Assembly (NCBI RefSeq): GCF_006345805.1
Contig: NC_043000.1
Span: forward strand, 71,486,001-71,550,000
Origin: Octopus sinensis
Taxonomy: Eukaryota
DNA length: 64,000 nt
Reading direction: 5' to 3'
The notes under the pieces were generated by a model that saw only the letters and a list, made by a program, of their open reading frames with translations, had not been told where the DNA came from and made no database searches. Positions 25,570-37,659 of this stretch are shown in pieces; position 1 is the first letter of the stretch, and every line of letters begins with the position of its first letter. The position numbers and the translations under genes were made by a program.

Positions 25570-25882
25570 TAAGGCGGTGAGTGGGCAGAATCGTTAACAC
25601 ACTGGGCAAAATGCTTAGCAGTATTTTGTCTGTCGCTTTGCTTTGAGTTTGAATTCCGCTGAAGTCAACTTTGCCTTTCATCCTTTCGTGGTTGATAAAT
25701 TAAGTACCAGTGAAACACTGGGGTTGATGTAATCAACTAATCCCCTCTCCTCATAGTTCAGGCCTTGCGCCTTAAGTAGAAAGGATTATTATTATTAAGG
25801 CAGTGAGCTAGCAAAATTGTTAGCATGTCAGGCAGAATGCTTAGTGGCATTTCTTCTGTCTTTACGGTCTGAGTTCAAATTC
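25570..25882 (+). mobile_element. tRNA-derived SINE plus a tandem partial copy
   Basis: A-box/B-box-like ggcagaatcgtt and gagttcaaatt, central gcctttcatcctttcg..gttgataaattaagtacc domain (resembles the Meta/Sauria-type SINE core, from memory), (ATT)n tail. Homolog at 32150-32360. Confidence 0.7.
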
Positions 25883-25984
25883 TTTTTACTCACCTGCCAG
25901 GAAAGGCAACAACCCTAGCAATTCTAACATGAATGATGGTAGGTTAAAAGCAAGAACAACTATTACGATGTCTGTTACCAAATG

Positions 25985-26262
25985 ATCACTGGAACCTTCT
26001 TTTGAGATGCTGAAAAGCATCTCTCCTTCCTGTGTTACCTCCCATATCTCTTTCCCAGTTTTCAGAGTTGGAACTGTAAATGTAGACACATTGAAAGGTA
26101 GGTCTAGTATGCCTACACAACCTACTCCATCATTGTTACCTTCCCAGAAGATTTTATACCTATGTGTCTTGCCTGTGAGGAACCTGGCTGAATTCCTCTC
26201 CACCTTACCTTTTGAATGCAACATTCATCAACACACCTCTGTTCAAGCATCTTAACTATCAA
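25985..26262. mobile_element. RTE LINE N-terminal fragment with an internal inversion
   Basis: Plus strand reads ...FRVGTVNVDTLKGRS to ~26105; the minus strand 26262-26104 reads the contiguous IVKMLEQRCVD...YKIFWEGNNDGVGCVGIL. Confidence 0.75.
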
Positions 26263-28054
26263 ATAACATAATCTATATTGCAGGTTATGTAATAACCAAT
26301 AAAAACCAAGGATCAATATGTTTATACTTGATAATTTCAGAATCAAAGTGTTAAAAGAGTGTCATTACAAACAATCCAAGACATGGTAACAGAACAAAAA
26401 ATGTGACTGATTCATCTCAACCTACAACAGATATCTCATCAATATAAAGAACAACAATGAGATGGATATCAACAAGAGGAAGAATAAGACAGAGAAGACA
26501 TAGAACATAAGATGCATGAGATGGACATCAATTCTGTTTTAATATCTACTTTCCTTTGCTTGCATCGGTCAGAGGGAATTTGTTGAGACAGACTTTCTAT
26601 GGCCAGATACCCTCCCTACTGTCAACCCACATGTTTCCAAGTAAGATAATATTTCACCATTGCCAGATATGTTTTCATTTGATGTGATTTATGCCTGCTG
26701 GAAAAATATTATATTTTATTCCAGGACAATAAGTCTTTAAATCAAAGATGCAAACTCTTGAATTCCTGCAGACACGCAACTAAATTTAAAATGTTGGCTA
26801 ACAATATACCATATGGATGGTATATATTTTTTTATTCTTGGACTAGTTTTTAATCACACTGTTGGATTTGTTCCTTATAATACATGATTTATCTCGCATC
26901 GCAAAGATATTGTATATATTCCAACATATTTCTTAAGAAAAACCTTTGACTGTTATATGCATATATTATTTTCTTGTTTAAGATTCTACTTTTATTTAAT
27001 TTAATTTCATTTTATTGTATATTATAAACCCATTTTAATCGTTTAATTCATAGATAATTTGATATAGGGTGTTCTATTTTGCATATCTTTTATCCGAATG
27101 TTGTTTGTATATATACATCAGGACCAAGATATGTTTTTATGTGGATGTTTGTATTGTTGGCATGCATATGTATTCGTATGTGTGCGTCTATGTATATGTG
27201 TAAGTAAGCGTGTATGTTTTTACTTGTGCACATACATACATGGATGTATATGTATGCATGTATTCACTTATATTTGTGTGGATGTGTATTTACATACATA
27301 TTTCCATATATTTATATATGTGATCTTATATGTGTATTTATGCTGATATACACTTTTGTATACACATTTATAGGTTATTTTATTTTGTGTACATTCATTA
27401 CACATATTCCACCACGTATCTTTCTTTCTTTTTCTTTCCTTATGGAAAGTATCCTTTCTCTCCCTATTCGTTACTTGTATAGCATCTTTTAACAAAGCGT
27501 TCCTCTTCTCTCCTCTTTCCCTCACTGTTACATTTAAGATCCTTCATTTTGTTTTTCTTTCCCCCTCCCTACATTTGAAAATTTACTTCTCATCTAGCTT
27601 GTCTGTTATAACTTCTATATATATACACCAAGTGATTTTTGCATGCGAGCATGATTGCGTACATATGTATACATGTGTATATGTGTGTGTATTTACATCT
27701 TACATATATATGTCTGTATATGTATGCAGTGTGTGTGCATCGATCTGTGTATTTTGATGTATATATGTATATTGATGGTTTAGTAAGCATATATACTGTT
27801 GTAAAATATTTACGTAATATAGCATGAAAATTTTAATTTTAATGTATTGAATTATATTTCGTATATAATTATTTACAATATGTATTTCTGAATCCGCTCT
27901 TTGATTTAAGGTTTTCCTTGATTTATATAGTAGGATGAATATAGTAGGATATATTGAATTCATTTTATTTTGTTTATTTTGTTCATTGTATGCTTAAAAC
28001 CGTTAACTGAAATGACCAATGAAACAAATCCATTTTTAAAGGTGTATCCTTTAA

Positions 28055-29131
28055 CCCTTTCGATACCAAACCGCCCAAAACCGCCCCCAAAAATTTTTGG
28101 TTAATGTGACCAAACCGCCCGAATTTACCTATTCATATTTAAATGACAATATTAGAGCAAATCTCTTTAGTACATTCGTGAAAACACGTATTATACTTCG
28201 TAAACAGTTCAACTACAGTTTTGTACAAAAATCGAAGTGTAATTTTAATTCCGTGAATTTTGGGAGATTTTTTTCCGAAATTTGTTCCTATTGTGTTTTC
28301 AAAATTTGTAATTCTGACAAAAAATGGATACAAATTTCATTATATCAAGCAGCGAGTCAGAATTCGAAGGATTTTCTACTGAAGACCTTCATAAATCTAA
28401 CTCTATGACTGAAAAAAAAAAGCATGTGATATTTGATAATGAATCTGAGGTTTCATTTTCCGAAAGTGAAAACAGTGAATCCGAGAGCTCCGACAGCGAT
28501 AAAGAAAATGAATTGGCACCTGAATGGAGTGAAAATTTAAAAACTGTTTCTTTCGGTGATTTTTCTGAAGAAACTGGACCAAGCCACAGACTTTCCCAGA
28601 AGAGTAAAGCCTTAGACTATTTCTTTTTACTTTTTCGAGTGAGCCTATTTGAAATCATTACGGCGGAAACGAACCGTTACTCTAAATGTAAACAAAATGA
28701 AAGAAAGGATACTTTGTGGTTTCCCACAACCTTAAATGAAATTAAGGCTTATTTTGCCATAAATATTATTATGGGTATCAGAAAGTTACCCAGAATAACA
28801 AATTCTATAGTAAAATTTTGTTGTATACCCAATTGAATATTAGCTAATAACCCATTTTCTATAGCGATGTTTGAACAAAATTTTAATAATTTTATATTTT
28901 GTTGAATTTACCTGTATCTACCTGCAATTAGAGTCACTTTGTGACAAAAATTATAGTATGGAATTGGTTGAGAACATTTCATTAAATTATCTTCCAAAAT
29001 TCACGTTAATATATTGATAAATAAAAAAGTTATAGTTGTTTAATGAAACCAGACTAAATTTATGATTATGTTAGAAATTAATTGAAACACATAAAGGGTG
29101 TATTTTGGTCAGAAATATAGTAACGAAAGGG
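28055..29131 (+). mobile_element. Internally deleted piggyBac transposon
   Basis: TTAA duplication (28051-28054, 29132-29135); TIRs CCCTTTCGATAC / GTAACGAAAGGG; retains the transposase N-terminus. Confidence 0.92.
28324..28836 (+). pseudogene. Truncated piggyBac transposase (PGBD4-like N-terminal part)
   Basis: Acidic Ser-rich N-terminus, then LDYFFLLF, ETNRY, WFPTTLNEIKAYFAINIIMGIRKLP. Catalytic DDD region absent. Confidence 0.85.
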
Positions 29132-29170
29132 TTAACTAGTTTTGATCATATCATTATTTCTGTTCTATTT

Positions 29171-29225
29171 TAACAAAACTGTCCGACGAGTAGGAACGTG
29201 AAACTCTGAGTAACAGCTTTTGTTA
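29171..29225 (+). ncRNA. Minimal type-I hammerhead-ribozyme-like motif (decayed)
   Basis: Stem I TAACAAAA-CTGT / ACAG-C-TTTTGTTA; core CCGACGA; short stem II with GGAA loop; GAAA; stem III ACTC-T-GAGT; GTA cleavage triplet ending at 29212. Confidence 0.65.
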
Positions 29226-29248
29226 TATTTCTTCTGCTTTTAAATAAA

Positions 29249-29288
<40 letters not shown>

Positions 29289-29377
29289 ACAAGGTATGAG
29301 AGTTGAATATATCTATTTAATAACTTGTCATTCTTAGGATTATAGCCATTTCACAGGCTTCTTCATGATAATTTCAT

Positions 29378-29670
29378 TATCATCATCATTATTTAACGTC
29401 CACTTTCCATGCTGGCATGTATTGGATGGTTCAACTGAGGACTGGCAAGCTACAAGGCTGCACCAGGCTTCAATCTGATCTGGCAAAGTTTCTACAGCTG
29501 GATGTCCTTCTCAACGCCAACCACTCTGAGAGTAGTGGGTGCTTTTTATGTGCCACCAGGATGGGGGCCAGTTAGGCGGCACTGGCATTGACCATGCTTG
29601 AAAGGTGCTTTTTACATGCCACCGGCATGGGTGCCAGCCAGGCGCAATGGCATCGGCCATGACAACGATT
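29378..29670 (-). mobile_element. RTE LINE 3'-end fragment with ~2 degenerate 60-bp units
   Basis: catcatcattatttaacgtccactttccatgctggcatg...cagctggatg...gtgctttt is the reverse of the RTE tail. Confidence 0.8.
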
Positions 29671-30182
29671 TCATTTTACTCAACAGATCTTCTCAAGTAT
29701 GTGTGCATTAATATGCATGCTTGACATTATACAATACAATTGTATATTCACAAATCAATACAAATAAAGAAAGCTAGCCCATCCGATCATTGTGGTTACA
29801 TCAAAAATTCAATACTAATTGTGTATGTGTGTGTATATATATATATATATATACACGCACATACACACAGACACTTACACATACAACTGATACTTCATAA
29901 GGACTCTTCTATTAATTTATATAGGTGTGTTGCGAGTGAGATGTATAAAAAGCAAAAGAAATCCAATAAACACAATTAAACTGAAAGTGATTGCCCTGCC
30001 TTCTGCTGACAATAAAAGTAAACATTATCTTTAAGTCCAGTTGTATTTTCTGTTATCACTCTGATAGCTGGTAACCAAAAAATATTGAATAGCAAAATAT
30101 GCCTTGTTAAACTTGAGTCTTAAAAATTTTAACCTTGTACCAGCTGTAATGTTTTAGTCCCCAGGACTTCTTTCTACTATCA

Positions 30183-30960
30183 TCTTCTCTATATATAAAC
30201 GGCAGTTTGTCTGTCTGTGTGTCTGTCAGGTTCTACCCTCACCCTGACCACGGCTTTCAACCGATTCTGATGAAACCTGACACACACATAGCCCTATGTC
30301 ATAATTCAAAACTAACGCACCGAAAATTTTGAAAAGTCCCCCCAGTTCTGAAAAAAAATCGATAAATTCGACATGGGTCGAGAATCTAAGCCTTTTATAT
30401 GCAACACATTTTCTACAGACTGTCTAGGGGACGCAACTCGACCTTTTTAACTCTCGGAACACGTGGGGTAAGTATCCCAAAATATATAAAAATGTACAAA
30501 AACGGCAAAAAAGCGGGCAGCAATGTGAGTGACAACAACGAAAAAGTCAAAAGTGACCAAACTGAACAAACGAATGGAAAAGGGTTTTTTGGTGCACACG
30601 ACAAAAGCGGTTTATAATAAACCAAGAGCTTGCAAGTAGCGTCCGAGGACCCTTAGGGTACGTCAAAAATTTAAGGTAAAACGTTTGGGGTGGTAGTTAT
30701 AAAGAAAGTGTAAACAAAAAAAGTATTTGAATAACTTGCGGCTGTTACTTGGGGGTAAAGTCTCGAATGTAAATTCTTCCTGGTAGGAATTGGTTGGGTT
30801 GAATTATCGATAGCTGTTTGATAGTTATTTGGGAGTGAAGAGAAGACATTGCAACCTACACATGCGCCTTCGTTCCCTAGAGGGAAAGGACTAGATTGGG
30901 ATTAGTCGTTGCCTACTAGGGGCTCTTACATACCCGGGCAACGCCGGGCTATGCTGCTAG
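30183..30960 (+). mobile_element. Non-autonomous Helitron
   Basis: A|TC 5' end (approximate) followed by (GTCT)n; 3' hairpin CCCGGGCAACGCCGGG at 30933-30948; ends CTAG|T; no target duplication. Confidence 0.8.
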
Positions 30961-31003
30961 TATAAGACTAAAATAAACTGAATAATTAAAAAATGAAGCT
31001 CAC

Positions 31004-31144
31004 CAGCAACAAATATCTTTCCATCACATTCAGTTACTCCAGCACCTGCCCGTCTACGTTTTAAGCTTGGAGCAAATGTCCACTGATCTTTTCGGGGATT
31101 ATATTTCTCTACTATGTTGTAACTACATGATCGGTCTTCTCCAC
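31004..31144 (-). CDS. Kelch-repeat protein, internal exon (141 nt, one kelch unit)
   Basis: ttttgctag| (G)GEDRSCSYNIVEKYNPRKDQWTFAPSLKRRRAGAGVTECDGKIFVA(G) |gtgag; phase 1-1, in frame with the exon starting at 12630. Confidence 0.93.
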
Positions 31145-32149
31145 CTAGCAAAAATAAAAGTATATAAAAAATAAATTAACAGTAAAAAAAATCAAATGAA
31201 ATATTACAACAATGAATAAAAGTATTTAACTCAGATGCTCTTTTTATATCTAATTGAAGAATGAAATTTAATAATTCTTTTCATATTTTAGAAATTTATA
31301 GACATTGTTTGAAAGTGTAAATATGCATTTAAAGAAATGACTTCTGCTTCTTGACATGATTTTTGGTATGCTACTTTAAACAAGCTTAAAATAATTATAT
31401 TTTTGAGAATTGATGATAGTCAAGAATAGAAGACATGGCAGCACTGTATAAATATTAGACATATAAATGAAAGAAAAATAAGCATGCCATTATGCTCAGA
31501 TACTGAATACTTGAATTAAATTAATTAAAGAGAATAACTGTTCAAATAAAAACATAATAATTTCATAACAAAATGCTGAGAATAAGAATGAGGAATTTTA
31601 GGCACACGTTGAATAAAATAGAATGATCTAAATTAAAAACAAAAAATAAGCAAGAGAATAGGTAAAACACAAAAATCTTGTATAAAGTTGCATTAGGAAA
31701 GGAGTTTTTACTGTACAAGATATTTGAAATTAAATAAGGTATTCTAATAGAACTTTCAAAATTGGGATGATTATATGCATTGAATAGTGACAGGCTGGCA
31801 AGGGTGTAATTAGGGTGGGGCAGATACAGCAATACCCTAGGTGCCAAATTTTGGAGGGCACCACTTTACAAATTAAATACTAATTTTTAATTAAACTACA
31901 ATCTTTTGGAAATGTACTAATATCATACTTCTTTATTTTATAAACTATGCACATACATTTTCTAAAACTAGTACTGAAATAGCAACTTTAGAAAAAAGGG
32001 CTAACACCAATGCCACAAATGACAAAACCAGCATAAATTTTGTTCTATACTATCACAAGCACTTCATAAAGTTACAAATTTCTTTCAGTAAACCATACTA
32101 CAAATAAATCTAAATAGGAAATGTTTTTGATATGTATATATCATCATAA

Positions 32150-32360
32150 GGCTGGCAGAATCATTAGAATGCTAGGCAAAATGCTCAGTGGCATTTCATC
32201 AGTGTTGACATTCTGAGTTCAAATTCTGCTGAGGGAGACTCTGCCTTTCACCTTTTCAGGGCCGATAAAATGAGTACCAATTGAATACTGGGGTCAACAT
32301 AATTGACTTACCCTCCACCCCCAAAATTACTGACTTTGTGTCAAAACTTGAAATTCATAT
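32150..32360 (+). mobile_element. tRNA-derived SINE (family of 25570)
   Basis: ctggcagaatcattag...gagttcaaattctgctgag...gcctttca...gataaaatgagtacc. Confidence 0.7.
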
Positions 32361-32664
32361 TTATATCATCATTATCATCATATAATGTCCATTTTCCATG
32401 TTGGCAACAGTTGGACAATATAATAAACTCAAATTATAAAATCTAATTAAATAACCAGATAATACACATTCAAGCTGCCAATTTGTACAAGGAAACAATA
32501 TCAAATAAGGAAAGTAAAACACATTCCTATCCACTTTTCCATGCTCACATGGCAAATGACCAGATATGCTTTCACTGAAGATTGGAAACAAAAGGCACTG
32601 CTTGTATGATGGTGCTGCCTCTTTACAACTTTCACACAATGTAATAAGGAAACAAATGCACACA

Positions 32665-32840
32665 CAGATATATATATATACACAACAGGCTTCTTTCAGT
32701 TTCCACTTACCAAATCCACTGACAAGGCTTTGGTCAGCCCAGAAATGTTGTAGAAGACACTTATTATGCAGTGGTACTGAACCCAAACCTGAAGCCATGT
32801 GGTTGGGAAGTAAACTCCTTAATCACACAGCTATGCTTGT
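32665..32840 (-). mobile_element. tRNA-derived SINE, 5' part (family of 39539)
   Basis: ttctttcagtttcc..ctaccaaatccact..caaggctttggtc...gggactgaacc-type reverse match. Confidence 0.65.
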
Positions 32841-32874
32841 AGTTATATATATAATATATTAAGTATACACACAC

Positions 32875-33730
32875 ATTATCATCATCATTTGATAGGCCAG
32901 GTATTGAGTGGGTAAAGTATGATATAAGGGCAGGAATAGGTATCTTGCTGCAGAGGAGATACAAGGCAAGCCCAGTTGGAAAAAGAGAGAGGATGGTGGT
33001 AATGAAGTGTCAGGGTGTGTCCTCAAGGTACAAGAAGGCAGTTATATGAGAGAATAGGGACGGAGAATTGGGAAGGGTGAGTAAGTTGGTGAGGGTGAAA
33101 GGGGAGTGACAGATGGTTAGAAGGAGATATAGGGTATTACTGTAAATAGTCAATGCATGGTCAATGATGAACATCAGTTTGGGAGAGAAGGTGAAAGAAA
33201 TAGAAGTGTGTCAGAGAGGTGATAAGTAGCAGTACAAAAAAAGGTGGGGTACAGAGCAACATTATAATGAAACTATAAATAGATGAGAAATAGGGAGGAA
33301 ATTTGCAGTGTGGGTAGTCTGAAAAGGTGAGGCACCGAAACAATTAAGGTCAGAATTATGTGGGGGTAAACATAGTGACAAAACAAGATGGAGGATCAAT
33401 GGTAGACATGAGAGGGTATTCAGAAAAGAGTAGTAAGAATGTGGAATGGGTGAACAGGAAGTGATTCTAAAGATATAGTGATAGCACAAAAGGAGCATGA
33501 AAAAGTGCAGTAGTTAGAAGAGCAATGGAGGGATAAGTGTATTGTGAGGAGGCTGAACAGGGACAGACTGGGTGTAAGGGCAAAAACATAAATGATATGC
33601 TTTTAGGACCTCATTTTTTTGCTGAGAAGGACAGATCTTCTAGTGATTCTAGAGAACAGTGAATCACCAATCATCTTGGACCTTTGTCATCTCCTCTGGG
33701 AGGCTCACCATCCTGAGGTTGGTCTTCACT
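32875..33730 (-). mobile_element. Old RTE LINE 3' remnant with pyrimidine-rich UTR
   Basis: Reverse of the ORF end (gtgaagaccaacctcaggatg...gaggagatgacaaagg) at 33670-33730, plus the purine-rich block shared with 480-1312. Confidence 0.65.
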
Positions 33731-33944
33731 AGAGTTATCACACAGCTGATATTACATCGATGCTGTCGTTAGTGAATACTAAAGATTAAAAACAAAAACA
33801 AAAACATTAATTTATTGATATTTCTTAAATGTAGGCCCTCTGCATACTAGTGAGTTTACAAGGAAAGTGTAATTATTGTAATAAGAATAAATTTATTGGA
33901 CCTTACAAAACCTTTCAATAGAGGAGATAAATATATTTTTTTAT

Positions 33945-34312
33945 TCTTTTACTTGTTTCAGTCATTTGACTGTGGCCATGCTGGAGCACTGCCTTTAGTT
34001 GGGCAAATCGGCCCCAAGACTTATTCTTTGTAGTATTTATTCTATCGGTCTCTTTTGCCGAACTGCTAAGTCACAGGGACATAAACACACCAGCATCAGT
34101 TGTCAAGCGATGACAAACACAGACACATAAACACACATATATATATATACATATATACGATGGGATTCTTTCAGTTTCTCTCTACCAAATCCACTCACAA
34201 GGCTTTGGTCGGCCCGAGGCTATAGTAAAAGACACTTGCCCAAGGTGCCACGTTGTGGGACTGAACCTGGAACCATGTGGTTGGTAGGCAAGCTACTTAC
34301 CACACAGTCACT
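33945..34312 (-). mobile_element. tRNA-derived SINE, near full length
   Basis: Reverse complement of 39539-39915, including A box, B box, ccttgggcaagt and the internal (TA)n. Confidence 0.85.
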
Positions 34313-35029
34313 CTTTGCATGAGAATTGTGTAGCTTCCACATCAGAGAGAGTAAATGAAGCACAAATTCAACTTTCGAGCAGGAAATTGATGCCCAGAAG
34401 TTGATAACTCATAAATATATATGAAAACACCTACACGAAACCAACTTACCTGCATTCAACCTAAGTGAAAGTGAAATGACAACAGATACAAACAACATTC
34501 ATAGTGTACTACAACTATCATTACATCCTATCAGCAAATTTCATCCAAATTCAAACTCTAGTTATATTTTTATGATTTTTTAATACTGGATTGGCTGCAT
34601 TTCAGCAGAGTCTCTAGTTTTTAATTGAGAGATTTATATTGAGGACTTTTAAGAGTTAAATGATTCAAGTAGTATTTTCAAAAAAAATATTAGTATTACA
34701 TCCTGGCTTTCTCTACTGAAAGTTGGACAATAAATGTAACTTTTGATCATGCTACTCTGAATATGCTGAGACAGTTGACTGGTAAAACTATTTGTGTATA
34801 GAATGTGCATCTCTAAAATTTAGATGTGAAAATAAGGAAAAATGTATATATTATACAAGTATAGCAATGATGTGTTGTTTGTATGCTTTGTAGTAGGTCT
34901 TGGATCATGGGAGTACTGTTACAACTTACTTCTTACCAGATTTAAAAATTAAGATCTGGTAGATTTTATAATTAATTTTGTGTGTGTACATATATACACA
35001 CACACACATCTGTAGCATTGTTACTGTTT

Positions 35030-35066
<37 letters not shown>

Positions 35067-35829
35067 TTATTGTAAGTCACGTATGAATGTAACTGGTAGA
35101 ATGGTTATTAACCATACTACTTAGAAGTTGAATCCATGTGATGATTTTTAATTTGTATTTCATTATTAATAAGAATTTCAGTAATTCCTTCTCTTCTTTA
35201 TTTTCTGGACAATTCTATACAAAATTGTAGTCCAGTCAACTGATGATTTTTATCAGTTTTATGTACAAGTTGCAATATTACTCTCAGTTTTATGTACAAA
35301 TTGCTATATTACTCTCAAATAAGAGTCGGTGCTGCTGAGAGACATTCTAGACATTCTACACCACATCCAGAAAAGAGCCACTATAAAGTCAGTCACAGAC
35401 ATAATCCAGTCTCTGGCCCACAAACATTCTATCTCCTTTCTCAACCTTTTCTATCATTATTATACTGACCTCTGCTCTTTAGAGCTTACTAGGTACATGC
35501 TTCATTTTACTCAGGTAACCAGACTTACTGCTCTCTCCTCCTCTCATCACTATTATACTGTCCAATGCTCCAGAGCCACTACATTAACCACTACACCCAG
35601 TCCTTCCATCAAATCCCTTTTTATTAATATCTTTAGGTGTTGTCTTACAGTTTAAGAGAAAAAGAAATGATATCAATCTCATAGGTCGAGGAGGAATTGC
35701 AAGGGCCATGGACACTGATAATCCCTTCAGATCCAGCAAGGTAAAAAAAAAAAAAGAGAATATATTAATGTATACATACATATTTTCACACACACATACA
35801 AAAACAAATATACACAGTAGCAAAAGCTA

Positions 35830-36725
35830 CCTAGGGAGCCTCCTGGGCATTTGAGAAAATCTAGTTACTGTGTGTCCTGAGTGTTTATTGTTTCTGTGCA
35901 CCTTTCACAAACAACTTTCTGTTAACCTACCTGTGATTCCATTGCACCTTTTATGTGACCATAGCTTGCACTGAGTGCATCAGATGGAATTTTTTCCAAC
36001 ACTTTTCCTACATAATGAGCAGGGCCATTTACTTGATGGGAAAAATAGTCTTAACTGCTTTCTTGCTAACAACTTTGGTCTTCACTTGGTTAAATTTAAG
36101 GCCCACTTTTTTTAATTCTGTTGCAGATTTTGCTAGAAGAGTGAGGTTATCAACATATAATAGCATCCATGGGCAACCAGTCTTAAATTCCTGTTATGGC
36201 CTGGAGGACTATGATGAATAAGAGGGAACCAAGAACAGAGCCTTGGTGAACTAGTTATACACTTAATTCATCACTGTACTCATGGCTGACTCTTCCCTAT
36301 TGACCTTTTATTTAGCTTGTTTGACTCTAACAAATCATTTCTCTACTCCTAACTTTGTTAGAGGCCACCAGATAACAGAATCAGTGACTCTATTGAAGGT
36401 TTTCCCCAGGTTGATGAATGTAAAGTACAATGATATACTTTTAGCTAGGAAGATGGCATCTATAGTACTTCTCCTTGGCACAAAATCAAACTGCATTTCA
36501 TCTAGTCTAACCAATTAGACTATAACTCTGTAACTTTCACAGCCTGATCTAGTAGTTTGATACATTTGTAATTGTTTCTAAAGTATCACCTTTACTCTTG
36601 TAGCAGCTAACTATAATGTTGCTACACTAGTCATTGGATATAGAACACCTGATTGACTATAAGAGTGACTAGGGCATATCCTACGCCATCATATATTTTA
36701 AGCATTTCAGTAGGGATTCTTGATA
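35830..36725 (-). mobile_element. Degenerate RTE RT fragment
   Basis: Reverse reads through EMLKI, DWCS.IIV.CYK.KGD, MQFDFVP, GCPW.LLYVD, KTKV. Confidence 0.8.
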
Positions 36726-37289
36726 ACACACACATGCACATTTATACACCCTCACACACACAGAAATCTTAACTATTTCATGAAAATTCTAATCATCCAA
36801 AATCTATAACAGGTAATCTTGTAAAGAATATCTCTTATAATTTCCATTCTAACCTTTAACAGAAATATCTAATAATCACTCTGAATATAATAATGAGACT
36901 CTGTTGAAAAGTGGGTTTGAGGATAAGATCCAATTTATTACAACGCCTGATTAACACAACTTTAAATTTAGCATACATTCAATGCAAAACATTAATAACC
37001 CCATGACCCCTTAATTCAACCTTCCAAATGTCAGAAAAATTTATTAAAACAAACAAAATGAATCTAAAGTATGCAACTTTATTAAAATAAAATGTATAAA
37101 AAATTTAATAATAAGGTTGAATTAAAAAGTTACAACACACTTAACACAACTATCAAAAATTCTAAGAAGGTAGGATAAAAATAACATATTCCATTAGGAC
37201 CAAGATACCTGGTACCTTGCTGTACTCAAGAAGACCTGTCTTACACTGCATCCCCTGGTGAAGAGGATTGTGCTAGTACAACATAAAGC

Positions 37290-37465
37290 GCTCATGCTGG
37301 TGACACATTGAAAGCACCCATCACACACTGTAAAGTGGTTGACATTAGGAAGGGCGTCCAGCTGGAGAAACCAAGCTAAATCAGACTGGAATCTGGTGCA
37401 GCTTCCCAGTTCTAGTCAAATCGTCCAACCCATGCCAGCATGGGAAACAGACAGATGATGTTGAT
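37290..37465 (+). mobile_element. RTE LINE 3'-end fragment
   Basis: gtggttgacattaggaagggcgtccagctg...ccaacccatgccagcatgg...gatgatg. Confidence 0.75.
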
Positions 37466-37659
37466 GAATACTCACACAGCATACCTTCAAATAGACCCAT
37501 TAAAGAACTATAATATACCTCCCATAAAAAGTACTATTACACAAGGTATAAAATAGAAATATTAAAATGTGAAAGAGGAATTCAAATTAATTTAATGAAT
37601 TTTACACAAAAAAGTTACAACAAATATACCTAAAGTTTTCTTTATCATATTAAGAGCAA

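Larger units (their letters stand above)
26680..29250 (+). mobile_element. Penelope-like element 3' remnant, split by a piggyBac insertion
   Basis: From 26683: CDLCLLEKYYILFQDNKSLNQRCKLLNSCRHATKF, the CxLCxxEK...LNxRxxLxxxCRHxxKF ending typical of PLE GIY-YIG ORFs. Long AT-rich tail ending in a hammerhead-like fold. Continuity across the interval is inferred. Confidence 0.65.

Noticed and set aside
30957-31151. ORF-track boundaries for the kelch pieces (also 12413-12613 and 10992-11174)
   Set aside because: The true limits are set by splice sites; the ORF ends run into introns or start at internal Met codons.
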